Shown here: positions 10,621 to 21,111 of the stretch, piece after piece
Numbering within the stretch: the first letter of the stretch is position 1
Layout: every line of letters begins with the position of its first letter
Origin: Candidatus Latescibacterota bacterium
GTDB taxonomy: Bacteria > Latescibacterota > UBA2968 > UBA8231
Length of the DNA stretch: 64,000 nucleotides
NCBI GenBank assembly: GCA_965208105.1
Contig: OZ242318.1
Coordinates: 2,144,001 to 2,208,000 of the forward strand
Reading direction: 5' to 3'
Position numbers and translations under genes: made by a program
The notes under the pieces: model-generated
What the model was told of the DNA's origin: nothing
Databases searched by the model: none
The model's input: the letters and a program-made list of their open reading frames with translations, nothing else

Positions 10621-11157
10621 TCAAATTTCCACAACCTCGATTTCGTCATTGGTGTAGACGCACAACTCGGCTGCAATCTTCATGGACCGGCGCGCTATCT
10701 GCGCCGCGCTCAGCTTTGAAGCATCCAGGTATGCCCGCGCCGCAGCCAGTGCAAAAGACGCGCCCGAGCCGATACTTATCACCTGATCGTCCGGAGACAA
10801 CAGGTCCCCTTCTCCCGAGATTATCAGCGAGCGCTGAGCATCCATGGTGGCAATCATGGCCTCCAGGCGGCGCAAATAGCGGTCCGCGCGCCAGTCCTTT
10901 GCCAGTTCGTGGGCAGCGCGCTCGAGGTTGCCGCTGAATTCCTCCAAACGCATCTCCAGGCGGTCGAGCAGGGTCAGGGCATCGGCCGTACCTCCGGCAA
11001 ATCCAGCCAGGACGGAGTCGTCATAGAGTTTGTGAACCTTCGTGGTCCTGTGCTTGAGCACCACATCCCCCCAGGTCACCTGGCCGTCCCCGGCCATGAC
11101 CACCTTGTTCTTGTGGCGAATGCCCAGAATGGTGGTGCCGTGGAACTTTGGGCTCAT
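10621..11157 (-). CDS. hslV: ATP-dependent protease peptidase subunit HslV
   Basis: HGTTI, GDGQVT, GFAG, IGSG, VYTN. Confidence 0.95.
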   Translation of the reverse strand: MSPKFHGTTILGIRHKNKVVMAGDGQVTWGDVVLKHRTTKVHKLYDDSVLAGFAGGTADALTLLDRLEMRLEEFSGNLERAAHELAKDWRADRYLRRLEAMIATMDAQRSLIISGEGDLLSPDDQVISIGSGASFALAAARAYLDASKLSAAQIARRSMKIAAELCVYTNDEIEVVEI

Positions 11158-11322
11158 AGTGGAATCCTCTTGAAAGCGGTTGAATATTTCTACCAATCCA
11201 TTTGCTTACTTCGATGGCCGCGGCCCTTCCTGCGGGACCGGCCCAGACGGTTGAACCTTGCACAAACCCCTTCGACTCCCACCCAGGCGCAACAGCCTCC
11301 AGGGACACTGCGGTATGGACGC

Positions 11323-12285
11323 TCAGGACCTGGGATGCGAGCGCTCGTAGACCTGGCGCAGGTGCTCCAGGCTGGCCTGACTGTGTGCCGGTGCCGCGGC
11401 AATGGCCACCTGTCCCAGCATTTCCTGTACCGCCCCCAAATCGGCGCCGGCCTCGAGCAGGTGGGCGGCATAGGAATGGCGCAATAGATTCGGACTCAGG
11501 TTATCGCCTTCGCCCACCCTGCTGAGGTATCGCTTGACGATGCGCTGCACCGCGCGCTTGCCCAGGCGGTGGCCCCTCCGGTTGAGGAAGAGCGCACCGG
11601 CGTCCACCTGGGAAATATCCAGGTCAACCAAAAAATCTGTCCGCTTCCCCAGATAGCTCTCCAGGGCTTCGAGCGCCTGACTGCCCAGTGGCACAACCCG
11701 CTCGCGCCCGCCGGAACCGGCGACCCGCACGCTGCCTGCGCCGAGGTCGAAGGCGGACAGGTTCAGCTCCACCAGCTCGCCCAGGCGGATCCCACCGCCG
11801 TAGATGACCTCGAGGATGGCGCGATTGCGGGCTCCCTCGAATTTTTCCACTGGCGGCAGGCCGATTGCCTTTTCGACCTCTTCCAGGGGCATGCTGCGCG
11901 GTGGGCTGCGGACGACCTTCGGCAGGCTGATGGAGCTCGAAGGATTGACCGCGAGCACTCCCTCCCGGCATAGATACCGGAAGAAGGAGCGGATGGCGGC
12001 CAATTTCCTTGCCTTGCTGCTCTGTTTCAGTCCCCGGGAGCCCAGCTCGTTCAGAAATTCGGAGATCGAGGCGGGCTTCACCGTATTCAAAGACAACCGT
12101 CCGGCTTCGATCCTGAGATACAGGTAGCGCACGAACTGGCGCAGGTCCCGCCCATAGGAATCCAGGGTGTGCCGGGTATAATTTCGATCCTCGTTCAAGT
12201 GCTGCAAAAATCGATCGATACCCTCCTCCAGGCTGGAGGAGGAGCTGAAATTCCGGGCAGAAACCGCCCGCCGTGAAGGAAGCAT
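11323..12285 (-). CDS. xerC: XerC-like tyrosine recombinase with substituted catalytic residues
   Basis: SAM-like N-domain (RKLAAIRSFF), GIRLGEL, LRHSYAAHLLEAGAD, position between topA and hslV; catalytic K/H/H/Y replaced (see findings). Confidence 0.85.
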   Translation of the reverse strand: MLPSRRAVSARNFSSSSSLEEGIDRFLQHLNEDRNYTRHTLDSYGRDLRQFVRYLYLRIEAGRLSLNTVKPASISEFLNELGSRGLKQSSKARKLAAIRSFFRYLCREGVLAVNPSSSISLPKVVRSPPRSMPLEEVEKAIGLPPVEKFEGARNRAILEVIYGGGIRLGELVELNLSAFDLGAGSVRVAGSGGRERVVPLGSQALEALESYLGKRTDFLVDLDISQVDAGALFLNRRGHRLGKRAVQRIVKRYLSRVGEGDNLSPNLLRHSYAAHLLEAGADLGAVQEMLGQVAIAAAPAHSQASLEHLRQVYERSHPRS

Positions 12286-12423
12286 GCTTCTCCCTGGCTA
12301 TGGTCCGTTCGGTGATGAGGGGGGAGGAAGAAGGGGACTCCCTGGTGAGGATCCCAGCCCGGCGTAAAGCCGGTTGCGGGCTTCCAGGCGGGAAGCCGGA
12401 GACTTGCCTGGGGGGAGGCCCGC

Positions 12424-14643
12424 TCAGGCCACCTGTTTTGCCGGAGGCGAGTACCCGCACTTGCGGCAATAAATCGACCCCTGCTCACTGCGGCCGGCCT
12501 TCTCGTACAGAAGGGACTCCTTGCATTGAGGGCAGGATTGGTTCACCGGTTTTTCCCAGGTGGCGAACTTGCAGTCGGGATAGCGGTTACACCCGTAAAA
12601 AACCTTGCCTTTGCGAGTCTGCTTCTCCACCAACTGGCCATCGCAGGTGTCGCCGGGACAGGGAATCCCCAGGGAAAGCGGTTTCACGCCTTTGCATTTG
12701 GGGTAGCTGCTGCACGCCAGAAAACGGCCGTATCGTCCGGTCTTCACCACCATCGGGGAGCTGCACAAATCGCAATTCTCTCCAACGGGAGGCTGCTCCT
12801 GCTCACCCTCCAGAGGCATGGTATTTCTGCACTGCGGATATCCCGGACAGGCCAGGAAGCGTCCGTTGTAACCCCATTTGATCACCATGTTGCGGCCACA
12901 TTCCCCGCAGACAATGGTCGACTCCTCCTGCAGAGCCCGCTTCAATTCGCCGCGGCGATTGTTGGCATCGCGCAGGACATCGCGCCAGGAAGCGTAAAAT
13001 TCCCTGACCGTATCGACCCAGTTTTCCGAGCTCTCCTCGATGAGATCGAGTTTGTTTTCCATTTGTGCGGTGAATTCCACGTTGAATATGTGGGGAAAGG
13101 TATCTACCAGGAGCTTGTTGACCGTGTGCCCGCGCTCGGTTGCGGTGAAGGACCTCCGGTCGATCTTCTCCACGTACTCGCGGTCCTGAATTGTGGTGAT
13201 AATCTGCGCATAGGTGCTGGGCCGGCCAATGCCCTGGGCTTCCAGTTCCTTTACAAGGGTCGCCTCGGTGTAGCGCGCAGGAGGTTTGGTGAAATGCTGC
13301 TCGGGCAGCAATTCCTGCAACTTGAGCTGATCGCCCCGGGCGATATCCGTAGGGATCTTGGCCGAATTTTCCTCCTCCTTGCTCTCGCTGTAGAGAAGTG
13401 AAAATCCGGCGAACTTGGTCGTACTGCCGGAGGCCCGGAAAAGGTAGTCCCCGGCCTGGATATCCACCCCAATCAGGTCGAGGATCTGGGGTTTCATCTG
13501 CGAAGCTACGAATCGCTTCCATATCAGCTCGTAGACACGCGCTTGATCCGGATTGAGCAAATTTTTTGCCTGGTCCGGCCCCAGGCTGGAATCGGTGGGC
13601 CGAATAGCCTCGTGCGCGTCCTGCGCTCCGCGCCTGGTCTTGTAGCGGTTCGGGCTTTGGGGCACGTACTCGGCTCCGTAGCGTTCGCCGATCTGGGTTC
13701 GCACTTCGCTTATGGCTTCGCCGGAGACTCGCACCGAATCGGTGCGCATGTAGGTAATCAGGCCGCGGGTTTCCCCTTCTACTTCCACTCCTTCGTAGAG
13801 TTGTTGGGCTACCGAATCCGTTCGTCTGACCGAGAAGCGCAGCCGCCTGGCACACTCCTGCTGCAGGGTGCTGGTGGTAAAGGGCGGAGCAGGCCGGCGC
13901 TTCTGTTCCCGCCTTTTTACCTCCTTGACCTCGTACCCCTCCCGCCGCAATGACGCCAGGATTTTCTCAGTCTCCTCCTCCGTGCCGATTTCGATTTTCT
14001 CGCCGTTGCACTTGAAAAGACGGGCGGTCAAGGACCCGCCTTCCCCTCTCTCGAGCCGGGCGTCAATGGTCCAGTACTCGACCGGCTCGAAGGCCTCGAT
14101 TTCCTTGTCCCGTTCGCAGATAATCCGCAAGGCAACGGACTGCACCCGGCCGGCAGACAGGCCCGAGTGGATGACTTTCCACAGCAGCGGGCTGATTTCA
14201 TATCCCACCAGGCGATCCAGGACCCGCCGTGCCTGCTGCGCGTTGACTTTCTCCATGTTAAGATCGGCGGATTTCTGGATCGAGTCGCGCACCGCCCTCG
14301 GGGTTATCTCGTTGAAGAGGATGCGCCTGACAACGGCGTCCTTGCGGGCTATGGCATGGGCTACGTGCCAGGCGATGGCTTCTCCTTCACGATCGGGATC
14401 GGTAGCCAGATAGACCACCTCCGCGCGCTTGGCAACCCTGCGCAGTTCGGCGAGAATCTTGCCCTTGCCGCGAATGGTCACGTATCTCGGTTTGAAACCG
14501 TTGTCAATATCGACCCCCAACTCCTTGGGAGGCAGATCGCGCACGTGCCCCATGCACGACTTTACCACGAAATCCGCTCCCAGGATTTTGTTGATCGTCT
14601 TTGCCTTTGCGGGTGACTCGACCACTACCAGCGATTTTCCCAT
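12424..14643 (-). CDS. topA: DNA topoisomerase I
   Basis: VESPAKAK, DPDREGE, ITYMRTD, GIGRPST, C-terminal Zn ribbons. Confidence 0.98.
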   Translation of the reverse strand: MGKSLVVVESPAKAKTINKILGADFVVKSCMGHVRDLPPKELGVDIDNGFKPRYVTIRGKGKILAELRRVAKRAEVVYLATDPDREGEAIAWHVAHAIARKDAVVRRILFNEITPRAVRDSIQKSADLNMEKVNAQQARRVLDRLVGYEISPLLWKVIHSGLSAGRVQSVALRIICERDKEIEAFEPVEYWTIDARLERGEGGSLTARLFKCNGEKIEIGTEEETEKILASLRREGYEVKEVKRREQKRRPAPPFTTSTLQQECARRLRFSVRRTDSVAQQLYEGVEVEGETRGLITYMRTDSVRVSGEAISEVRTQIGERYGAEYVPQSPNRYKTRRGAQDAHEAIRPTDSSLGPDQAKNLLNPDQARVYELIWKRFVASQMKPQILDLIGVDIQAGDYLFRASGSTTKFAGFSLLYSESKEEENSAKIPTDIARGDQLKLQELLPEQHFTKPPARYTEATLVKELEAQGIGRPSTYAQIITTIQDREYVEKIDRRSFTATERGHTVNKLLVDTFPHIFNVEFTAQMENKLDLIEESSENWVDTVREFYASWRDVLRDANNRRGELKRALQEESTIVCGECGRNMVIKWGYNGRFLACPGYPQCRNTMPLEGEQEQPPVGENCDLCSSPMVVKTGRYGRFLACSSYPKCKGVKPLSLGIPCPGDTCDGQLVEKQTRKGKVFYGCNRYPDCKFATWEKPVNQSCPQCKESLLYEKAGRSEQGSIYCRKCGYSPPAKQVA

Positions 14644-14809
14644 GTCGGAACTCTCTGTCTGAGTTTGTGCGATCCCGGATCTCCACTGTTTCCGGGTTGA
14701 CCATAGATAATTAAATCATGGCTTCATCAATTGCAACTGCATCTGCCTTGACAAACCATTCCATCGACCTTTTCGTAGGCAACCAATCCGATCGGAGAAC
14801 GGGTATTTC

Positions 14810-15601
14810 ATGGCCATTGAAATAAAAGGTCCTGCAGAAATCGAGCGCATTCGCGCCAGTTGTCAGATCGTCTATCAGGTCCAGAGGGCCATCGAATCAG
14901 CTCTCGAGCCGGGAATTACGACTCTCGAGCTGGATGCTATCGCCGCACGCACCATACGGGACCACGGGGCCGTGGCAGCCTTCAAGGGATACCGCGGCTT
15001 CCCCTCATCCATCTGTACTTCGATCAATGCGGAGGCAGTCCATGGACTTCCCGGCGAAACCCGCCTGCGCCAGGGCGATATTATCAGCGTCGACGTTGGC
15101 GTCCTGCTCGAAGGCTACTACGGCGATGGCGCCTTCACACTGGGGATCGAGCCGATCGACTCCCCCGTCCAGAGTTTGATTTCAACGACCCGGACCTGCC
15201 TCCACATCGGCATCGAGCAGGCGCGGACCGGCCACAGGGTATCGGACATCTCACATGCCATTCAAGAACACGCCGAAGGGAACGGATTCAGCGTGATCCG
15301 CGAATTCGGCGGGCATGGCATTGGTCTCTCCCTGCACGAGGACCCCAGCATCCTCAACCACGGGCCTCCCGGAAAGGGTCCCCGTCTGCGCGCTGGATTC
15401 GTGCTGGCCATCGAGCCCATTCTCACCTGGGGCAGTCCCCAACTGGTCACGGCCTCCGACGGGTGGACTGCCGCCACTCGTTCCGGAACTCCGGCGGCAC
15501 ATTTCGAACACACCATCGCCGTGACGGGCACTGCGCCTGACATCCTGACCCTCCCTCCGGACCACCCGGTGTCCCCTGCCTTGTTCACCCTCCAGCCTTG
15601 A
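14810..15601 (+). CDS. map: Type I methionine aminopeptidase
   Basis: VDVG, GDGA, GHGIG, AIEP, HFEHT. Confidence 0.95.
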   Translation: MAIEIKGPAEIERIRASCQIVYQVQRAIESALEPGITTLELDAIAARTIRDHGAVAAFKGYRGFPSSICTSINAEAVHGLPGETRLRQGDIISVDVGVLLEGYYGDGAFTLGIEPIDSPVQSLISTTRTCLHIGIEQARTGHRVSDISHAIQEHAEGNGFSVIREFGGHGIGLSLHEDPSILNHGPPGKGPRLRAGFVLAIEPILTWGSPQLVTASDGWTAATRSGTPAAHFEHTIAVTGTAPDILTLPPDHPVSPALFTLQP

Positions 15602-15611
15602 GGCCTGCGGA

Positions 15612-16370
15612 ATGAAGATAACCTTTCTGGGCACAGGGACTTCCGTAGGCGTTCCACGCATAGGCTGCTCATGCCCCGTTTGCCTGTCCGACGATCCCAG
15701 GAACAACCGCTTGCGCTCTTCCATTCTCATTGAATACAGGGGGCGCAACGTTCTCGTGGACACAGGTCCCGACCTGAGGACGCAGGCCCTGCGCTACCGC
15801 ATAGACAAACTCGATGCCGTACTCTTTACCCACGGCCATGCCGACCATCTGCATGGGCTGGACGATGTCCGCGCATTCTGCTTTGACATGGAGAATCCGC
15901 TTCCCTGTTACGGAGACTCCTTCACTGTAGAACGGATTGGCCGCGTCTTCGACTATGCCTTCAACTCACCTTACAGGTACGCCCTGCCCCAGCTCAGCCT
16001 GCACCTGATCGAAGGACCTTTCAATCTCTTCGGCGAATGGGTCGAACCGATATCCGTCTACCACGGGAAGCTCCCGGTGTTTGGATTCCGCCTTGGCAGA
16101 TTTGCCTACCTGACCGATTGCAACTCCATACCGGATGCTTCCATGGACAAGCTCCGGGACCTCGACGTCCTCGTCCTCGATGCCCTGCGCTACAAAGAAC
16201 ATCCTACCCATTTCAACGTGGAGCAGGCCCTGGTCGTCATTGAAGCCCTGCGACCCGGAAAGACCTTTCTGACTCACATCGCTCACGAATTGGACCACCG
16301 GGGCACCAACAGAAGACTGCCCCCGCAGGTGGAACTGGCCTATGACGGCCTCGTGCTTGAAGTCAATTGA
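15612..16370 (+). CDS. MBL-fold metallo-hydrolase (PhnP-like)
   Basis: LGTGTSVGVP.IGCSC..C, THGHADHLHG, LAYDG. Confidence 0.92.
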   Translation: MKITFLGTGTSVGVPRIGCSCPVCLSDDPRNNRLRSSILIEYRGRNVLVDTGPDLRTQALRYRIDKLDAVLFTHGHADHLHGLDDVRAFCFDMENPLPCYGDSFTVERIGRVFDYAFNSPYRYALPQLSLHLIEGPFNLFGEWVEPISVYHGKLPVFGFRLGRFAYLTDCNSIPDASMDKLRDLDVLVLDALRYKEHPTHFNVEQALVVIEALRPGKTFLTHIAHELDHRGTNRRLPPQVELAYDGLVLEVN

Positions 16371-16769
16371 GGGATTCACAGGAAGGTTCACCGGCTCGTT
16401 GCAAACCCAGGGGCGCCGAATGGGACTGCGCGGGCCTCCGGCGGGCAAGCCGGCCTCAGGGACCGCCGGTTTCGTTAGCCTGCCCGCAACTCCAGAGCAA
16501 ATGGAGCGAGTCTCTCCCATGCACATCCCCAAAGAGCCAGGAAAAGAGGGACGCGGCAACTGCCAGCCACGTCCCTCTCACTTTCCGTAGAAACCCGGTC
16601 TCAGCCTAGGGTCCCGCCGCGGAGACAGGTTGGCAAAATCGGGCCGAGGAGGCGCCCGGCTCACCAGGCGCCTGAGCGAGTCGTACCTGTGGCCTACGGC
16701 GAGTGAAGGCAACGCCGTGGGCCGGGATGGATCGGCGGATCAATGGCGGCATATCTCCGCGACGGGATC

Positions 16770-19136
16770 CTAGCATTTGGACCAGCCGCAGTGTCTGCAG
16801 GTGAGACAACCCGCTTCGTGTGCAACCGTGGCCCCACATTCCGGACATGTGGTCAGGATTTTCCCCTCTCCACCCAGGTGCTGTCCAGGGGGAGCCTGCC
16901 CCTGATCTCCGGGAATCTGCAGTTCGCCGGAGCGCCGCTGCATATAGCGCTCCAGCGCCTTGCCGATGGCGTCCGGCGTGGAAAGGATGAGGTCGCCGTT
17001 CTCCCAGATCGGATTAGGACCTGAAATCCCCTTCAGCTCGCTGATGATTTCCTCCGGATCACACCCCGACCGCAAGGCCAGGGAAATCAATCGGCTGATG
17101 GCCTCGGACTGGGCGGCGGCATTGCCTCCCGCCTTGCCGATTGCACTGAAAACCTCGCACAAGCCTTTGTCATCCTCGTTGATGGTAACGTAGATATTGC
17201 CCTCACCTGTGCGAATCCGCTCGGTAACCCCGCTCGTGACGGTCGGACGCTGACGCCGGCGCAGCGGGGGCCTTACTCCCTCTTCCTCATTCTCCTTCTT
17301 TTCACCCTGCGAGGTTTCGGTCTGGAGGATACCCTGCCGGCTACCTTCCCGGTATACTGTCACCCCCTTCAGGCCCTCTTTGTAGGCCGTGATGTAGATG
17401 TCGGCCACCGTCTCGATCGGGATGTCTTCAGGCAGATTGATAGTGGATGAAATGCTGCTGTCGGTGTACTTCTGGATGACCCCCTGCATCTTGACGCGAA
17501 AGTAGGGATCGATCTGGTGCGCGCTCACCACGTACTCCGGAAGGTTCTCATCGTCGCCGAACACTTCTTTGATCAACGGGTGATAGACCTTGTACTCGCG
17601 GAAGGTTTCACCGTCGGCCTGCTTGACGCGCCGTTTGTAGCTGGTGCAGAAGATCGGCTCGATCCCCGAAGTGGTCTGGGCCACGATGGAACCCGTGCCA
17701 ACCGGGGGCATGGTAACCAGGGTGGAATTGCGCATTCCGAACTTTTCGATTTTTTCCTGGAGCTGCGCGGGCAGACTCTGAATAAACTTGCTCTTCGATA
17801 CCCCCTTCCAGTCAAAGACCGGGAAGGCACCCTTTTCCTGAGCCAGATCGATTGAAGTTTCATAGGCGCTGTAACAGACAGTCTGCACGATCCGGTCAAC
17901 GACCTCGAGCGCCTCGCTGGAGTCGTACTTGAGGCCCATGAGCACCAGGGCGTCGGCCAACCCCGTGATTCCAAGACCGACCCGGCGGTCCGAGGCCACG
18001 GCCTCGCGGATGACCGGCAGGGCGTGGCAGTCCATGTTGTATTCGATCACATTGTCGAGAAAGCGGGTTGCGAGCCGTGCGCTTTCGCCCAGGTCGTCGA
18101 AGTCGAAAGCACCGTCTTCCCCTACGAATTTGAGGAGGTTGAGATTGCCGAGGTTGCAGGCGGTATAGGACGCCAATGGCTGCTCTCCGCAGGGATTCGT
18201 GCTGGTGAGCGGATTGGCGTATTCGACATTGTGATGCTCCTTCATCGTGTCCCAGAAAATGATCCCCGGCTCGGCGCTGGAGTAGGCATTGGCGATGATC
18301 TTGTCCCACAACTCCCGCGCCCGGACTGTGCGAAACACCTTTCCATCCCAGCGCAAATCGAAGTCCCCGTCGTCGAACACGGCCTTCATGAATTCGTGGG
18401 TGATCAACACGCTGATATTGGCGTGCTGGACCTTGGTGCGGCCCGAGTCGTTTTTGATGGTGATGAAATCCTCGATGTCGGGGTGGTCCACCCGCAGAGT
18501 CAGCATGAGGGCGCCGCGACGGCCTGCCTGGGAGACCGCATTGGTGCTCTCACTCAGAAGGTTCATAAATGCGGTACACCCTGGCGATGAATCCACGGTA
18601 GCGTTGACCGGGGCTCCCTTGGGACGCAGGATCGACAAATCCGTGCCCACTCCACCCCCCGTCCGGTAGACCATGGCCGACTCGCTCAGGCAACGGTAGA
18701 TCCCCTCGAGGCTGTCTTCTTCAATCGGGATGACGTAACAGTTGGAAAGAGTGGGCTTCCGGCGCGCCTCCTCGCGGCCGGCTCCGTGCATTACGCGGCC
18801 GCCGGGAATGAATTTGAAGTCTATCAGCAGGGAAAAGAAGCGGCCGTACCAGTACTCCTTGTCAGCCTCGACGGAAGCCATCGCCCGGGCGACCCGATCC
18901 CACACCTGCAAGGGGCCTTTTTCTCCCGGAGCCAGGTATTTGTTGCGCAGAACATCGATAGCCAACTCGTTGTCGCCGTAATAGATTTCAGCATCGACCG
19001 AGCGCGCCAGCAATTCGTCATGGCCATTGCGTTCCAGCCCCCGGCCTTCCAGCTGTGCCAGCAAATCCTTAAGGGAATGGGAATTGGCTGGGGCATCAGA
19101 AGAACCAATGGCTCTCTGGGGGCGATCAAATGGCAT
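16770..19136 (-). CDS. nrdJ: Adenosylcobalamin-dependent (class II) ribonucleotide reductase
   Basis: LSNC, TNPCGEQ, ACNLG, PPVGT, C-terminal TSCPD domain and Zn ribbon; no beta-subunit gene nearby. Confidence 0.93.
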   Translation of the reverse strand: MPFDRPQRAIGSSDAPANSHSLKDLLAQLEGRGLERNGHDELLARSVDAEIYYGDNELAIDVLRNKYLAPGEKGPLQVWDRVARAMASVEADKEYWYGRFFSLLIDFKFIPGGRVMHGAGREEARRKPTLSNCYVIPIEEDSLEGIYRCLSESAMVYRTGGGVGTDLSILRPKGAPVNATVDSSPGCTAFMNLLSESTNAVSQAGRRGALMLTLRVDHPDIEDFITIKNDSGRTKVQHANISVLITHEFMKAVFDDGDFDLRWDGKVFRTVRARELWDKIIANAYSSAEPGIIFWDTMKEHHNVEYANPLTSTNPCGEQPLASYTACNLGNLNLLKFVGEDGAFDFDDLGESARLATRFLDNVIEYNMDCHALPVIREAVASDRRVGLGITGLADALVLMGLKYDSSEALEVVDRIVQTVCYSAYETSIDLAQEKGAFPVFDWKGVSKSKFIQSLPAQLQEKIEKFGMRNSTLVTMPPVGTGSIVAQTTSGIEPIFCTSYKRRVKQADGETFREYKVYHPLIKEVFGDDENLPEYVVSAHQIDPYFRVKMQGVIQKYTDSSISSTINLPEDIPIETVADIYITAYKEGLKGVTVYREGSRQGILQTETSQGEKKENEEEGVRPPLRRRQRPTVTSGVTERIRTGEGNIYVTINEDDKGLCEVFSAIGKAGGNAAAQSEAISRLISLALRSGCDPEEIISELKGISGPNPIWENGDLILSTPDAIGKALERYMQRRSGELQIPGDQGQAPPGQHLGGEGKILTTCPECGATVAHEAGCLTCRHCGWSKC

Positions 19137-19279
19137 GACACTCTCCCTTTGGTGACACTCTCGCTTTGGGCAAAAATAATCCCCGCCGTACCTGGGGAAG
19201 ATACGCAAAAAGTCGGGGAAATCCCTGTAAATGAAAGATATGCAGTGAGAACTGGAAAATACAGGCTGATTCTCCAGGA

Positions 19280-19326
19280 CCACACTATCTCAGGGCGTTA
19301 AATCTGCGACCTACAATATCTTGTAG
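19280..19326. promoter_or_regulatory. Tandem NrdR boxes
   Basis: CCACACTATCTCAGGG (19280-19295) and CTACAATATCTTGTAG (19311-19326), 31 bp apart, upstream of nrdJ. Confidence 0.85.
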
Positions 19327-19337
19327 GAAGCTCCCCT

Positions 19338-19366
19338 AAGATATCAGCCCATGCCGGGCTTGTCAA
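19338..19366 (-). promoter_or_regulatory. Sigma70-type promoter of nrdJ
   Basis: TTGACA-17 bp-TATCTT on the minus strand, just upstream of the NrdR boxes. Confidence 0.7.
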
Positions 19367-19398
19367 GCAGTTTTTTCGCACCGCGGGGCGGGCCGGAC

Positions 19399-19848
19399 TC
19401 ACCGGGTCAATTGCTCCAATTCGCGCACGAAATCGCTCTTGTCCTTGAACTGGCGGTAGACGGAAGCGAAGCGCACATAGGCCACCTCGTTGAAATTGCG
19501 CAGGTGTTCCATGGTGCGTTCTCCAACCTCCTTGGAATCCACTTCCTTTTCCGACAGGTTTCCCAGTTCGGTCTCTATCCGGTCCACCAGCCCCTCGATC
19601 TGATCGACCGATACCGTAGTTTTGTAGCAGGCAAGGCGGATCTTCTCGAGCAACTTGCTGCGGTCGAAGGGTTCTCTCCGGCCATCGGCCTTGATGATGG
19701 TCAATGGCACATTTTCGATATATTCGTAGGTAGTGAACCGCCGGCTGCAATTGATGCACTCCCGCCGCCTCCGGATAGCCATGCCCTCCCGGCACGAACG
19801 AGAATCCACGACTTTATCGTCCTGATGACTGCAAAATGGGCAACGCAT
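19399..19848 (-). CDS. nrdR: Transcriptional repressor NrdR
   Basis: MRCPFC..VVDSR..IRRRREC..RFTTYE, ATP cone, AYVRFASVY. Confidence 0.98.
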   Translation of the reverse strand: MRCPFCSHQDDKVVDSRSCREGMAIRRRRECINCSRRFTTYEYIENVPLTIIKADGRREPFDRSKLLEKIRLACYKTTVSVDQIEGLVDRIETELGNLSEKEVDSKEVGERTMEHLRNFNEVAYVRFASVYRQFKDKSDFVRELEQLTR

Positions 19849-20047
19849 GAGACAAAACCTCCAGCCCGCAACCAGAAGAGGGTGGTGGCAGGCACCAAGG
19901 AGTAGTTGAACAGTGGTGGGCTGTTCGGGGAGTAGTTCGGGGATTGGGTTGTGAAATAGAAGAAGGGGGAATTACCGGAGAATTTGCGCTTTTAGATATA
20001 AGGTAGAAAATCCGGGGGAATATGTCACCTTATTTTTGTTGTCCGTA

Positions 20048-20698
20048 TCATTTGAGTTTGAAAGTAAAGGGCAGGCTGACCCAGACTCGTACCGGCTTGT
20101 CGTTTTGCATGGCCGGCGAAAACACCCATTTCCATGCCGCGGCCTTTGCCGCCTCGTGAAATACCTCCGGTCCGGTTACCTTGCCGACCTGCTCGACCTT
20201 CCCGTCCTTGCCAACCAGAGCGAGGACGAAAACCCGGCCCTCGATGTTTGCCTTGAGTGCAATCTCCGGATAATCGGGCTTGGCGCTCTCAATCACCTCC
20301 GGCTGCTTCTCCACCTTCCACAACTCCACCACTTCCTCCTCCTCTTCCAACTCCACCTCTTGGAGCTCTTCGAGAGGTGGCGGTGGCAGCAGGTCGTCCA
20401 AGTCAAGGTCCAGGTCGGTTGTTTCTATGGTGGCATCGTCCGGCACGTTTGGATCTTCGGTCGCGATAGGCACTACCGGCCGAGGCGGCGGCGGCGGACG
20501 TCGTTCCTGGCGGGTTTCGGGGATCTCCTCCAGCTGAATGATAATCTGCTCTTGCTGCTTGGAGTAGGCGGAGACATCAATGTTGGGGAACAGGACAAAA
20601 ACGACCAAGTGCAGCAAGGCGGAAATCCCCACCGAAGTCCAGAATATCTTTCGGTAGCGGAGCTTCAAGTTGGCTTCGGGCTGCTTGCCGCGGATCAT
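20048..20698 (-). CDS. tonB: Energy transducer TonB
   Basis: TM helix, Pro-rich linker, YPEIA..IEGRV..W.F.PA. Confidence 0.92.
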   Translation of the reverse strand: MIRGKQPEANLKLRYRKIFWTSVGISALLHLVVFVLFPNIDVSAYSKQQEQIIIQLEEIPETRQERRPPPPPRPVVPIATEDPNVPDDATIETTDLDLDLDDLLPPPPLEELQEVELEEEEEVVELWKVEKQPEVIESAKPDYPEIALKANIEGRVFVLALVGKDGKVEQVGKVTGPEVFHEAAKAAAWKWVFSPAMQNDKPVRVWVSLPFTFKLK

Positions 20699-21108
20699 AG
20701 GTCCCGCTCCCTGTCGGTAGCGAAGTTGACTCGCAAGGCCTCCACCTTGCGCAGCTCCTGCAGAACATCGGAAATCAGGCCAAATTGCGCCCCACCGTCA
20801 CCCTTGATTGAAATAACCGTGCGAGGGTTTGCACGCATCTTGGCATGGATCATGGGTCCCACCTGGTCCAAAGGCACGTTCTGGTCGTCGATGTTGATGA
20901 TTCCTTGAGGGCCGACCCAGATGTTGGTCACATCCCGACGGCTCTCGAGCTTTTCTATCTTCTCGGCCGCGGGAAGATCGACCGGGATGCCTCGATAGCG
21001 CACGAAAACGGTCGATACCATGAAAAAGACCAGAAGCAGAAAGGAGATATCGGCCATCGACGCGGTTGGCACTGCACTGCCCACTCTGGATTTGCGTCCG
21101 AATTTCAC
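20695..21108 (-). CDS. exbD: Biopolymer transport protein ExbD
   Basis: PTASMADISFLLLVFFMV. Confidence 0.92.
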   Translation of the reverse strand: MKFGRKSRVGSAVPTASMADISFLLLVFFMVSTVFVRYRGIPVDLPAAEKIEKLESRRDVTNIWVGPQGIINIDDQNVPLDQVGPMIHAKMRANPRTVISIKGDGGAQFGLISDVLQELRKVEALRVNFATDRERDL

Positions 21109-21111
21109 GGT

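Noticed and set aside
19137-19400. Cobalamin riboswitch upstream of nrdJ
   Set aside because: No B12-box motifs seen; the region is explained by a promoter and NrdR boxes.
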